Positions 10,693 to 19,471 of a stretch of 64,000 nt of DNA are shown here, in pieces; the first letter of the stretch is position 1, and each line of letters starts with the position of its first letter. This DNA is from a virus. The translations under genes and the position numbers were made by a program. The notes beneath the pieces are model-generated. The model ran no database searches and was not told the DNA's origin. It was given only the letters and a program-made list of their open reading frames with translations. The stretch is taken from IMG/VR virus record IMGVR_UViG_3300032397_000001. One strand, written 5' to 3'.

Positions 10693-10986
10693 ATGAACAA
10701 ATTAAAACTTATCGATTCAATGAGGCAATCAATCGAGGGAATGGTTAACAAACTTATCGAGGAGTATGGTGACAATTCAGGGCTCTTCGACGTGATTATT
10801 CGTCGTCAACATGTCAAAGGTTGTAAAGATGTCGAAGAAGGAATTGATGTCTTTGTATCTGTTGAGGTTGGTCGTGAATTCGTTGAGCTAGTTGATGACT
10901 CATGGGCCGTTGAAGAGGAATGGTACAATCAAATACCATACAAACATAAAAGTGCTTACAATCTGTGGAGAAAGTTACTGTGGTAG
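10693..10986 (+). CDS. hypothetical early protein
   Basis: GGAGGT RBS before ATG 10693. Confidence 0.7.
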   Translation: MNKLKLIDSMRQSIEGMVNKLIEEYGDNSGLFDVIIRRQHVKGCKDVEEGIDVFVSVEVGREFVELVDDSWAVEEEWYNQIPYKHKSAYNLWRKLLW

Positions 10987-11003
10987 AAATGACTAAACTT
11001 TTT

Positions 11004-11153
11004 AACATTCAATGGAGGTGATTAAAAATGGCAATCAAAGATGAGCTTCTCGAAATCAATGAGATTCTGCAGCAGTGGTTAGAAGGAGGCATGACAGAAG
11101 AGGAAGCAATGAGGCATATTATCGTTGTTGTGGCTAAGCAATTGACTTCAATG
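11004..11153 (+). repeat. 150-bp exact direct repeat, copy 1 (copy 2 at 12503-12652)
   Basis: base-for-base identity; partial copies at about 12439-12502 and 12658-12716. Confidence 0.95.
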
Positions 11154-11213
11154 AAGGAAGATGTCTCTCCTGTGATAGGGCAATACGTGATCTGGAGCAA
11201 GAAATTTGAGTGA
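11028..11213 (+). CDS. hypothetical 61-aa protein
   Basis: GGAGGTGA RBS. Confidence 0.7.
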   Translation: MAIKDELLEINEILQQWLEGGMTEEEAMRHIIVVVAKQLTSMKEDVSPVIGQYVIWSKKFE

Positions 11214-11225
11214 TTAATGTCAATA

Positions 11226-11260
11226 CGAGATCTAAGCTTTACTGTTTAGGTCTCGTGTTT
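11226..11260 (+). terminator. putative terminator hairpin
   Basis: ACGAGATCTAAGC-tttact-GTTTAGGTCTCGT followed by a short T run. Confidence 0.5.
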
Positions 11261-11365
11261 ACTCTTAATCAGTGGTAACCGTTGTCTTTATAGGAGGGAA
11301 TAGTTATGAAAGAATATTACTGGTCAGCAGATACTTGATCTATTTCAGTAAGGGAGGGTATAATC

Positions 11366-11746
11366 ATGAGAAAGATTGTATTTGCAGTATCGTGTACATT
11401 CCTAATCGGTATCAACTTAACTCATTGTCATCAGTGTACGGTTTCTCGCGTGATAGATGGTGATACTATTGAATGTGCTGAATTCATTCGGCATATTAGA
11501 CTTGAAGGAATTGATACTCCTGAAGTAGGTGATCAACATGGCCTTATAGTTAAGGAGGTACTTGAAACATTCATTCTCGGAAAGGAGGTGACATTTAGGT
11601 ATAATCATTGTGATCACTATGGTCGTATTGTAGGTACTGTTTATGAAGGAGGTGATAACATTAACAAAGCAATGCTTAGATGTATCTATGTGAAACCATT
11701 TAGGTGGAAAGATCAATCACGTAATCAACAATGTGAGATTGAATGA
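11366..11746 (+). CDS. thermonuclease (staphylococcal nuclease-like), possibly C-terminally shortened
   Basis: VSRVIDGDTI, IRLEGIDTPE and DHYGRIVG motifs; hydrophobic N-terminus. Confidence 0.85.
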   Translation: MRKIVFAVSCTFLIGINLTHCHQCTVSRVIDGDTIECAEFIRHIRLEGIDTPEVGDQHGLIVKEVLETFILGKEVTFRYNHCDHYGRIVGTVYEGGDNINKAMLRCIYVKPFRWKDQSRNQQCEIE

Positions 11747-11763
11747 AAGGAGGTTATTATAAA

Positions 11764-12060
11764 ATGTCAGAAGAAGCATTGAAAGAGTTTGAGAGAGTAC
11801 GACAAGAAATGCGCAATCCAGAACAACAGTCGATTGAACTTGACTGTGCTCCTGGGTATCCTCGCCCAGGAGATCTCATCGATGGAGTAATTGAAGGGTT
11901 AGGTCTCGAAAAGAAGGAGACATGCTCTAAAGTATTTGGTAATTGGAAATGGGTTTATCCAGAGGTTCCTGCAGAGAAGTGGAAAGAGATTCGAGAAGTA
12001 CTCAAGGAAAGAATTTCAAAGCTCTATAATAGTGGGGTAATTCGCTATGGTAGTTGGTAG
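11764..12060 (+). CDS. hypothetical protein
   Basis: AAAGGAGGT RBS, ATG 11764. Confidence 0.7.
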   Translation: MSEEALKEFERVRQEMRNPEQQSIELDCAPGYPRPGDLIDGVIEGLGLEKKETCSKVFGNWKWVYPEVPAEKWKEIREVLKERISKLYNSGVIRYGSW

Positions 12061-12096
12061 TAACGATTCATCCAGAGAAGAATGGAGGTGATTAAG

Positions 12097-12315
12097 ATGC
12101 TATTTGGTCCATGCGTTGGTGGTAAGTGTCCATATTACAGTAGAGCATTGAAGAAATGTAAACTCGGAAAGGCTAACCCTACAACAGAAAAGAGAACTCT
12201 CGAAGTTGTTGAGTTAATGGGCTGGTCTTACATCTGTATGCGGAACCCTTGGAAGAAAGAGGCCTTGTTTCAAATCTCACAGAAGAAAGGAGAGAGTGAG
12301 GTTGCAAGTTCTTGA
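12097..12315 (+). CDS. Cys-rich hypothetical protein
   Basis: GGAGGTGA RBS. Confidence 0.65.
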   Translation: MLFGPCVGGKCPYYSRALKKCKLGKANPTTEKRTLEVVELMGWSYICMRNPWKKEALFQISQKKGESEVASS

Positions 12316-12526
12316 TAATGAGTTATTTCCCGGAAGGAGAAAGCCAAGATGAAAAAAGATTGTTGGCATCCAGAAGACGTTCCTCTGTGGAGAAAGGTAT
12401 GGTTGTTAATCCGTTACGCAATCAAGAATCGTTGTAGAAAGGAGGTATGACAGAAGAGGAAGCAATGAGGCATATTAGCGTTGTTGTGACTAAGCAATTG
12501 ACAACATTCAATGGAGGTGATTAAAA

Positions 12527-12688
12527 ATGGCAATCAAAGATGAGCTTCTCGAAATCAATGAGATTCTGCAGCAGTGGTTAGAAGGAGGCATGACAGAAGA
12601 GGAAGCAATGAGGCATATTATCGTTGTTGTGGCTAAGCAATTGACTTCAATGTTGGTGGTGATTAAAAATGGCAATCAAAATCAATGA
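12527..12688 (+). CDS. duplicate of gene 11028 with a different C-terminus
   Basis: first 42 codons identical to 11028. Confidence 0.55.
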   Translation: MAIKDELLEINEILQQWLEGGMTEEEAMRHIIVVVAKQLTSMLVVIKNGNQNQ

Positions 12689-12817
12689 GAATCTGCAGCA
12701 GTGGTTAGAAGGAGGTGAAATGAGAATCGTTGTAGTTGTCTTCGGTTCATTAGTGTCTATGGCTATCTTTGCGTTAATGGTTTACATCGCTCATCAGATT
12801 CATTAGGAGGATTCACA

Positions 12818-13018
12818 ATGGAGATTAACAGAGAACTCGACAACTTCAAACAGCTGCTTGAGACTCGTAATCAGATCCTTCAAGACAAAATTCATCTTCT
12901 TGAGAAGGAGAGACTCTTCCTTCAAGCTGCGAAGGAGTCGGTCTTGAATTTCGGTCTTGTGGATCTCCTCGATATCAACTGGTCTAAAATGAGATATTTC
13001 GTTCGACGTGGTGGCTAG
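12818..13018 (+). CDS. small coiled-coil protein
   Basis: AGGAGG RBS, heptad pattern. Confidence 0.65.
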   Translation: MEINRELDNFKQLLETRNQILQDKIHLLEKERLFLQAAKESVLNFGLVDLLDINWSKMRYFVRRGG

Positions 13019-13035
13019 AACACCTAGGACCAGTC

Positions 13036-13080
13036 GAGTCACCTCTGATCCTTGAGTCACCTCTGATCCTTGAGTCACCT
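13036..13080 (+). repeat. 18-bp tandem repeat x2.5
   Basis: GAGTCACCTCTGATCCTT. Confidence 0.9.
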
Positions 13081-13140
13081 TACATCTAATACTAAAGTTA
13101 GTAGTTTATGCTTTGTGTGATTCTTGTGAAAGGAGGTGAT

Positions 13141-13197
13141 ATGGTTATCTATATTATACTCATACTCTTTGTGTGGGTATACTGGGGCAGGTGGTGA
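13141..13197 (+). CDS. 18-aa hydrophobic peptide MVIYIILILFVWVYWGRW
   Basis: AAAGGAGGTGA RBS immediately upstream. Confidence 0.5.
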   Translation: MVIYIILILFVWVYWGRW

Positions 13198-13236
13198 GGG
13201 GGCTTAACGCCACTATAGAGAGGAGGTGAAAACAGA

Positions 13237-13581
13237 ATGGCAGAAGACCTCAACGCAATGTTCGCAGCTGCCGAGAAGGCGGTGGCCAACGGCCTTGACA
13301 AGTACGCAGGTACAGGTCAGGGTTTGAGAGGCATCATCTTCACGGCGATGGATGAGTTCAGGAAAGCGAACAAGAGCAAGACGTACAGACGCGCTGCTCT
13401 TGTACGATACCTCCTGACTCTGAAACCTGTTCAGGCCGGGCTGATTGCGACTGCAGAGCGTGTCATTGGCTTCGGTAAGCAAGACGCGATGCAGAGACTA
13501 AATAACCATCTCGGCCAGTGGTCCAAAAAGCGAGGCTGCAAGGAAGGCGGCGCTCGCGGAACGACCACAGTAACCCTGTAA
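13237..13581 (+). CDS. basic 114-aa putative DNA-binding protein (paralog family with 25222, 29570, 52513)
   Basis: GAGGAGGTGA RBS, GC-rich codons, own terminator. Confidence 0.75.
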   Translation: MAEDLNAMFAAAEKAVANGLDKYAGTGQGLRGIIFTAMDEFRKANKSKTYRRAALVRYLLTLKPVQAGLIATAERVIGFGKQDAMQRLNNHLGQWSKKRGCKEGGARGTTTVTL

Positions 13582-13586
13582 CAGCT

Positions 13587-13622
13587 AGAGGAGGTAGGGC
13601 TTGTCCTTGCCTCCTCTTTTTC
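13587..13622 (+). terminator. rho-independent terminator
   Basis: AGAGGAGGTAGGG-cttgt-CCTTGCCTCCTCT followed by a T tract. Confidence 0.85.
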
Positions 13623-13840
13623 TGCTTAACCAAAACATTTTTTTGTTTACCTCAAACCTATACACACACAGCTTACATGTCTCCTCGGTCCACTCCGCTC
13701 GGCGTCGTTACCTTTCCTGTTTGACTCAGCCTACGCGCCCCGCGGAACTTACTGGGGATTGTACGTTAAAAAGTTTAGTCATTGTATTTCCCATATTGTG
13801 AGATTAGTTTTCAGGTAGGGGCCGGCCCTAAAAACTTAGC

Positions 13841-13853
13841 TAACTATTTGATT
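13841..13853 (-). promoter_or_regulatory. IHF consensus site
   Basis: TAACTATTTGATT is the reverse complement of WATCAANNNNTTR. Confidence 0.45.
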
Positions 13854-14038
13854 TTATTATGTTTTTTGAAGAATGTGACTTGAGCAACTAATAGGGAATA
13901 ATTGTTCTAAAATAATCGTTAAGCACTATAAAAGTAGACAAGTTATATTCATGTCATTCCTAATGCTGTTCGCTAATTCATGTCATAGGCCAATAAAGAT
14001 TTTCTTTGAGCCCGTGACTATTATATTATGAACAAATA

Positions 14039-14087
14039 CAAACTGATACAAAACTCTAAAACAAACTGATACAAAACTCTAAAACAA
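14039..14087 (+). repeat. 23-bp tandem repeat x2
   Basis: CAAACTGATACAAAACTCTAAAA. Confidence 0.9.
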
Positions 14088-14240
14088 GCTAATACGTTCA
14101 ATGTGTTATAATGAGATAAAGTAAGCCCAAAGTTATTCTGTAACAAGTTTAGTCTTAATTCGTTTTAGTGATAAGTTTATTTGTTCCTTGATCCAAAGTT
14201 ATTCTGATGCGCTAAGTGCTACCAGATATATAGTATGCTG

Positions 14241-14478
14241 AGTGTCAATCGTTAGCTGAGAGTCAATCGTAAGTGTCAATCGTTAGCTGAGTGTCAATCG
14301 TAAGTGTCAATCGTTAGCTGAGAGTCAATCGTAAGTGTCAATCGTAAGTGTCAATCGTAAGTGTCAATCGTAAGTGTCAATCGTAAGTGTCAATCGTAAG
14401 TGTCAATCGTTAGCTGAGTGTCAATCGTAAGTGCCAATCGTTAGCTGAGTGTCAATCGTAAGTGTCAATCGTTAGCTG
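14241..14478 (+). repeat. 16-unit iteron-like array, core AGTGTCAATCGT, in 13-bp and 18-bp units
   Basis: 10 units ending in A plus 6 ending in TAGCTG give 238 bp. Confidence 0.95.
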
Positions 14479-14586
14479 GGGGCCCCCCCGGGAAGAGATA
14501 ATGAACGCGTAGCCGGGCTGGACCGGGCCGGGTAGGGTGCATTGAAATTAACTATTTCCAAAAGTAACTATTTCCGGAAATCGTGA

Positions 14587-15152
14587 TAGGGATAGGGCTA
14601 ATAGTTATAGTTATAGTTATAGTTTAAAGCTAAGGATAGGGCTAATAGTTATAGTTATAGTTATAGTTTAAAGCTAAGGCTAGGGCTAATAGTTATAGTT
14701 ATAGTTATAGTTATAGTTTAAAGCTAAGGCTAGGGCTAATAGTTATAGTTATAGTTTAAAGCTAAGGCTAGGGCTAATAGTTATAGTTATAGTTATAGTT
14801 TAAAGCTAAGGCTAGGGCTAATAGTTATAGTTATAGTTTAAAGCTAAGGCTAGGGCTAATAGTTATAGTTATAGTTATAGTTTAAGGCTAAGGCTAGGGC
14901 TAATAGTTATAGTTATAGTTTAAAGCTAAGGCTAGGGCTAATAGTTATAGTTATAGTTATAGTTTAAGGCTAAGGCTAGGGCTAAGTTAAGCTAAAGCTA
15001 AGGCTAGGGCTAATAGTTATAGTTATAGTTTAAAGCTAAGGCTAGGGCTAATAGTTATAGTTAAGTTAAGTTAAGCTAAGCTAAGTTAAGTTAAGTTAAA
15101 GCTAATTTAGGCTAAGTTAAGTTAGGCTAAGTTAAGCTAATTTAGGCTAAAG
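14587..15152 (+). repeat. right short-repeat array, about 12x GCTAAGGCTAGGGCTAAT(AGTTAT)nAGTTTAAA
   Basis: GGGCTAA recurs 12 times, mostly at 38/44/50-bp spacing (variable number of AGTTAT hexamers). Confidence 0.95.
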
Positions 15153-15174
15153 CCAAACCAATATCGAGGTCAGA

Positions 15175-15522
15175 ATGAAAAATCTCATATGCTTTAGTCT
15201 TGTCATTATAAGCTTACTGCTATCGAGTACAGCTTACTCCACCCAGGCGACATTTACTTGGAACGCCAATTCAGAAAGTGATCTATCAGGTTACAAACTA
15301 TATCAGAGTGATGTTAGTGGAAAATATATTAAAGGTAACTATCTTACAACTATCTACGCTCCCAGCACAACGTGTACTATCAATGTCCCTGAACTATCTC
15401 TGCACAAGATGATCTATTGGGTATTAACTGCTTTTGATGTTGCTGGAAACGAGAGCAGTTTTTCGAGTGAAGTAAATAGAGTGATTCCAACAGATCCTGG
15501 AGAACCCATTGTGTTTCATTAA
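15175..15522 (+). CDS. secreted fibronectin type III domain protein
   Basis: signal peptide; TWNANSESDLSGYKLY...YWVLTAFDVAGNESSFSSEV. Confidence 0.85.
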   Translation: MKNLICFSLVIISLLLSSTAYSTQATFTWNANSESDLSGYKLYQSDVSGKYIKGNYLTTIYAPSTTCTINVPELSLHKMIYWVLTAFDVAGNESSFSSEVNRVIPTDPGEPIVFH

Positions 15523-15589
15523 ACGTTTGAGAAGAATCTATTTTGGCTGGAGAATTGGTATTCCACGATTGAATGAAAGGAGTGTCACT

Positions 15590-15910
15590 ATGCCCCTAGA
15601 AGTCACATGCACCAACGAACAGAAGGTTCCCATAGGTATCAGCCCTGTCACAGAAGCTGGAAAACCCGTTCTATTGGATGGGCCAGTTGTAGTCACCGTA
15701 ATAAGTGGAGATGGATCTGTCGAGATGATCGATGAAAGCAATTTCTACGTTGCTTCTGGAGATGCTCTAGCTGACTCAACATTCCTTGTTGAGGGGGATG
15801 CTGATCTCGGCGCTGGAGTGATCTCGATTGCAGACACAATCATCTTACACGTGGAACATGCGAACGCAAAGAGTCTCGGCATGGTTGTTGGTGTGGCTGT
15901 GTTGAAGTAA
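15590..15910 (+). CDS. small Ig-like/beta-sandwich protein
   Basis: AAAGGAG RBS, start MPLEVT. Confidence 0.6.
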   Translation: MPLEVTCTNEQKVPIGISPVTEAGKPVLLDGPVVVTVISGDGSVEMIDESNFYVASGDALADSTFLVEGDADLGAGVISIADTIILHVEHANAKSLGMVVGVAVLK

Positions 15911-15933
15911 ACGAATGAAAGGAGGAGATCATT

Positions 15934-16020
15934 ATGGCGAAGAAGAAACCAGTTCCACCTCCGAAGGGTAAGGGTGGCAAACCACTACCGAAGGGTGGCA
16001 AACCAGTTCCCAAGAAGTGA
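15934..16020 (+). CDS. 28-aa Lys/Pro/Gly-rich basic peptide
   Basis: AAAGGAGGAG RBS; MAKKKPVPPPKGKGGKPLPKGGKPVPKK; downstream hairpin. Confidence 0.65.
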   Translation: MAKKKPVPPPKGKGGKPLPKGGKPVPKK

Positions 16021-16031
16021 ACCTCTTGATT

Positions 16032-16066
16032 GAAGTGAGCTAAGCTGTAATGGTTTAGCTCACTTC
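16032..16066 (+). terminator. 14-bp stem hairpin (terminator or mRNA stabiliser)
   Basis: GAAGTGAGCTAAGC / GTTTAGCTCACTTC; weak U tract. Confidence 0.55.
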
Positions 16067-16079
16067 CTCATCCTTCCTT

Positions 16080-16265
16080 ATGGTTAAGTTTAAAGACAAA
16101 GAATTCGACGCGATACTAGAACGCTTCAATGAAGTCTTGAGAAGCAAGGCTGCGATTAACCATCCCGCTGTAAGAGAGGTTTTTATTCTTCTGAGGCATG
16201 TTCGAAATAATGACCTCATGGTTGAGATATCAAGTGTTTGTGAAGAGCAAATAATCCCTGTTTAA
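16080..16265 (+). CDS. hypothetical protein
   Basis: 61-aa ORF, weak RBS. Confidence 0.45.
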   Translation: MVKFKDKEFDAILERFNEVLRSKAAINHPAVREVFILLRHVRNNDLMVEISSVCEEQIIPV

Positions 16266-16303
16266 TTAGTGCCCCTTGAAATTTTCATGGAGGAAAAGAT
16301 ATA

Positions 16304-16555
16304 ATGAATTTCGTCGTTAAAGCATTCACGGAACAAAATGGTGATCCTTCTTCGATGCGACTTATTGCTGCATTCATTATCTTTGTGATAATGTTCAACT
16401 GGACGTTCTATAATGTTTCACAACAACAATTGGCCCCTCTGAATTGGGAAAGCGTAATGGCTGTCCTAGGCACACTTTTCGTTAAGGCATACCAAAAGGG
16501 TAAAGAGAATGGTAAAGACACCGAAATACCAAAGGTAATTGGAAGTGACAGATAA
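16304..16555 (+). CDS. holin-like two-TM protein
   Basis: SSMRL followed by two hydrophobic helices and a charged C-terminus; near the endopeptidase. Confidence 0.6.
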   Translation: MNFVVKAFTEQNGDPSSMRLIAAFIIFVIMFNWTFYNVSQQQLAPLNWESVMAVLGTLFVKAYQKGKENGKDTEIPKVIGSDR

Positions 16556-16917
16556 CTTTCAAGATGAAAAGATCTCCTTCAAGCTAGAACTTTGCTACTC
16601 GAATTGAGGTTAGTGCCAGAATTAAGTATGTCAAGCTTGCTAGCAGAGATTCGCAAATATCAAGAGACTGCGTAAAATAGTGAGTATAAGGGTCTTGTAT
16701 TATCAAACCAATTAACTGTCGCACGTTTACAAGTAGCGTTTTTACTTTACATGTTCTAATTCTCAAAAAAGAGAAAGAGTTATATGGTGTTATAGGAGTA
16801 TCCCCAATACGATATTAATTGGCTTCAACGTCAAGAGGTTGAATATAGTAATGATCATCAAGGTTGAATATCCGTTGGTAGAGAACATTCATGAGTGTTG
16901 TGTTGGGAGATATATAG

Positions 16918-17277
16918 ATGAAGATCGCAATGTTGTTTGTTCTAGCGTTTGTCTGTGAATCGATAGTTCAGATTATTGGCTCTTCGGAATTGTTCGTAGG
17001 CTTCAGAACATTCTTCAAAGAGCCAAGCAAGCTTTATGATCTCGTAAACTGTAAGTATTGCCACAGTGTATGGGTTGCTTTTATCATTATTCTGGCTTAT
17101 GGTCTTGTTTTGGAAATGTTGATTAGTTGGTGGTCATTGTTCTGGCTTATTATCGGAACATTCTTTGTTCATAGATTGTCTAACTGGTATCATTTGCTAT
17201 ATGATATTGTTGAGAGTTATAAGGTTAGCAGAGACTTCGAACTCTACCCTCCTTCTAGAGAGGTGATAGATGACTAA
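16918..17277 (+). CDS. DUF1360-like membrane protein
   Basis: DLVNCKYCHSVWVA motif with flanking TM segments. Confidence 0.65.
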   Translation: MKIAMLFVLAFVCESIVQIIGSSELFVGFRTFFKEPSKLYDLVNCKYCHSVWVAFIIILAYGLVLEMLISWWSLFWLIIGTFFVHRLSNWYHLLYDIVESYKVSRDFELYPPSREVIDD

Positions 17278-17383
17278 ACCAAACGTGTGTGTTGACTTCT
17301 AAAGATTGGCAACGTTAGCATCATATACTGGGGAAAAGGCTTGGTAAACAATGGTAGCTACGAAGTCGGGAGGGTAGAGTGAG

Positions 17384-17824
17384 ATGAATGACACGACGAT
17401 CAGTTTGTTGAGGGAAAACTTTCTTCATTATGCATGGTCCTTTATTGGAACGTTTTACAGTTGGGGTGGTGATGATCCAGCAGCATTCGATTGTTCTGGC
17501 TTTGCAGGTGAGTGCACACAATCTATTGGATTGACTCCTAGGGGAATGCGTCTTCGTGCACGAGACTTGTATGATCTTTTCAAAGAGTATGAAGTTCTTA
17601 CACTATATGGTGGTTGTCTTATGTTTAGATTTGATAATGGTGTAGCTGCTCATGTTGAGATTTGTATCAATAGGTTTCAAACAATAGCTGCTAGTGGAGG
17701 TGGGAGCAAGACTCTTACCAAAGAAGATGCAGTTAGAGACAATGCGTTCATTAAGGTAAGGCCGATTCAGAAAGGCTCCAATTACAAGTATGTTGATCCC
17801 TTCAAATCATTGTCGGAGATATGA
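17384..17824 (+). CDS. NlpC/P60 peptidoglycan endopeptidase (putative endolysin)
   Basis: GTFYSWGG, FDCSGF and HVEI catalytic motifs. Confidence 0.85.
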   Translation: MNDTTISLLRENFLHYAWSFIGTFYSWGGDDPAAFDCSGFAGECTQSIGLTPRGMRLRARDLYDLFKEYEVLTLYGGCLMFRFDNGVAAHVEICINRFQTIAASGGGSKTLTKEDAVRDNAFIKVRPIQKGSNYKYVDPFKSLSEI

Positions 17825-18051
17825 AGATGGAAGAGATTGAGTTTATTGAGAGTCTTGGTAAGCTCAAGATTAAAGACGGTGACATTATTGTTGTCAAGCT
17901 TGGTAAGTTTCTTTCAAGTGAACAGCTTCGTCGTATACAGAAGAATGTTAAAGGTCTTTTACCTAAAGGACTCGAGAATGTAAAGGTCATGGTTTTAGAT
18001 CGAGGTACTGATATTGGAATTATACGAAAGAAACAATGCGAGGTAATTTAA
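17821..18051 (+). CDS. hypothetical protein
   Basis: ATGA overlap with the previous gene. Confidence 0.6.
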   Translation: MKMEEIEFIESLGKLKIKDGDIIVVKLGKFLSSEQLRRIQKNVKGLLPKGLENVKVMVLDRGTDIGIIRKKQCEVI

Positions 18052-18388
18052 GATGTTAGAAGTCTCCAAATAATGTGATGTTGAAGGTACCTGACTTTAT
18101 TCCCTTGCCTAAAGGGAAATAGAAGGAACTTTCACTTAGATGAAGAAACAGGACTTGCAGCAGATTGGGAAAATTTGGTCAAATATACTTATAGCAAGCT
18201 GTAAGAAGTTTAGTGTTGAAGAACAAGTCAAGATGCTAAAGCTGCTTAGAGAGAAAATTGATTCTCGTTTGAAGGAATTAGAAGATGATGAATCCTGATT
18301 TGGATGCAGCTCGAGGAATTGTGTATGGAACGATTGCTGGTTTTGTTTGTTGGGGAATTATACTTCTACTTTATTACGTGTTAACACT

Positions 18389-19201
18389 ATGAGTATATTG
18401 AATTATGGGATCTGTACGGTTTGTGGGCATAGAACACTTTTCAAGGAGTGTGATGAATCCTATTCTCGAGAAGCTTGTTTCTGTCATTACTGTAATAGTA
18501 CTTCTCGTAATAGACATGTAGCTTTCATTTTGAGTCGACTTTTTAATGTTGATTGCATAGCAAATCTTCCTCGAGGGATACCCATTTTCGAAGCTCAGGC
18601 TTGGGGATCAATTCACGACAATTTGAAACATCGTTCAGATTATATTTGTAGTGAATACTTTCCTCATCTCAAATCAGGTCAGTTCAATGAGAAAGGTATT
18701 AGGTGTGAGAATCTTCAAGATCTTTCCTTTGCGAATGAAACGTTCCAAGTTGTTATTACGCAAGACGTCCTAGAATATGTGCAGGATCTTATCCAAGCGT
18801 TCATAGAAATCTATAGGGTATTGCAGAATGGTGGGGTTCATGTTTTCACTGTTCCTTGTGTAGGGGAAACGAAGACTAGAGAAGGTCAGCCTGATGTTTA
18901 TCGTGATGATCCTGTAGGTGGTGCGGGGTTGGTTTATACAGACTTTGGATTGGATCTTGTGAACCTCCTGAATAAAGCAGTCTATAGGGAAACGGAAGTT
19001 CGACCTGCCATGTCACTCGAATCTAGCACTCGAAGTATCGACCCACTCAGAGAGGGAAGATTCGAAACCGTTATTCATTTTGGAGATAATGTTAATCTAA
19101 TTCATCAGGTTAAAGATTCATGGCTTTACAAGAATACTGCTTTCTTAAGTATTAAGAGAGGAAGTAATGCCAATAGTTCACGAAGAATTACAGTTCGATA
19201 A
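18389..19201 (+). CDS. class I SAM-dependent methyltransferase with N-terminal Zn ribbon
   Basis: CxxC...CxxC; ENLQDLSFANETFQVVITQDVLEYV...EIYRVLQNGG. Confidence 0.8.
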   Translation: MSILNYGICTVCGHRTLFKECDESYSREACFCHYCNSTSRNRHVAFILSRLFNVDCIANLPRGIPIFEAQAWGSIHDNLKHRSDYICSEYFPHLKSGQFNEKGIRCENLQDLSFANETFQVVITQDVLEYVQDLIQAFIEIYRVLQNGGVHVFTVPCVGETKTREGQPDVYRDDPVGGAGLVYTDFGLDLVNLLNKAVYRETEVRPAMSLESSTRSIDPLREGRFETVIHFGDNVNLIHQVKDSWLYKNTAFLSIKRGSNANSSRRITVR

Positions 19202-19361
19202 AATCAAACATGAAACAGACAAAGCGTATATCATTGTATGTGACACCAATGAATTCGTAGTTCCTAAGAGTCTTGTTCAAGATTTAGATGTTGAGGAAGG
19301 ACTAATTACTTTACCTGAATGGTTCATTGAACAGGAAGGTATGGATGAATACGTTTTGTAA
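19167..19361 (+). CDS. small conserved phage protein
   Basis: HETDKAY...VPKSLV...LPEW pattern. Confidence 0.65.
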   Translation: MPIVHEELQFDKIKHETDKAYIIVCDTNEFVVPKSLVQDLDVEEGLITLPEWFIEQEGMDEYVL

Positions 19362-19378
19362 CTTTGTAACCTCGACTT

Positions 19379-19460
19379 GGAGTGAGGCAGAAGTCGGGCA
19401 CCTTCCCGGCCTTCCCCAGGGCCGTCCCGTCCTCCACATTCTGCCTCACTCCTTTCTTTA
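19379..19460. ncRNA. candidate structured RNA or attenuator
   Basis: perfect 14-bp stem GGAGTGAGGCAGAA/TTCTGCCTCACTCC enclosing a second GC stem. Confidence 0.4.
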
Positions 19461-19471
19461 GTTAGATAAAA

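Noticed and set aside
11004-12652. DGR template/variable repeat pair
   Set aside because: The copies are identical rather than differing at adenines, lie at a gene 5' end, and there is no reverse transcriptase in the window
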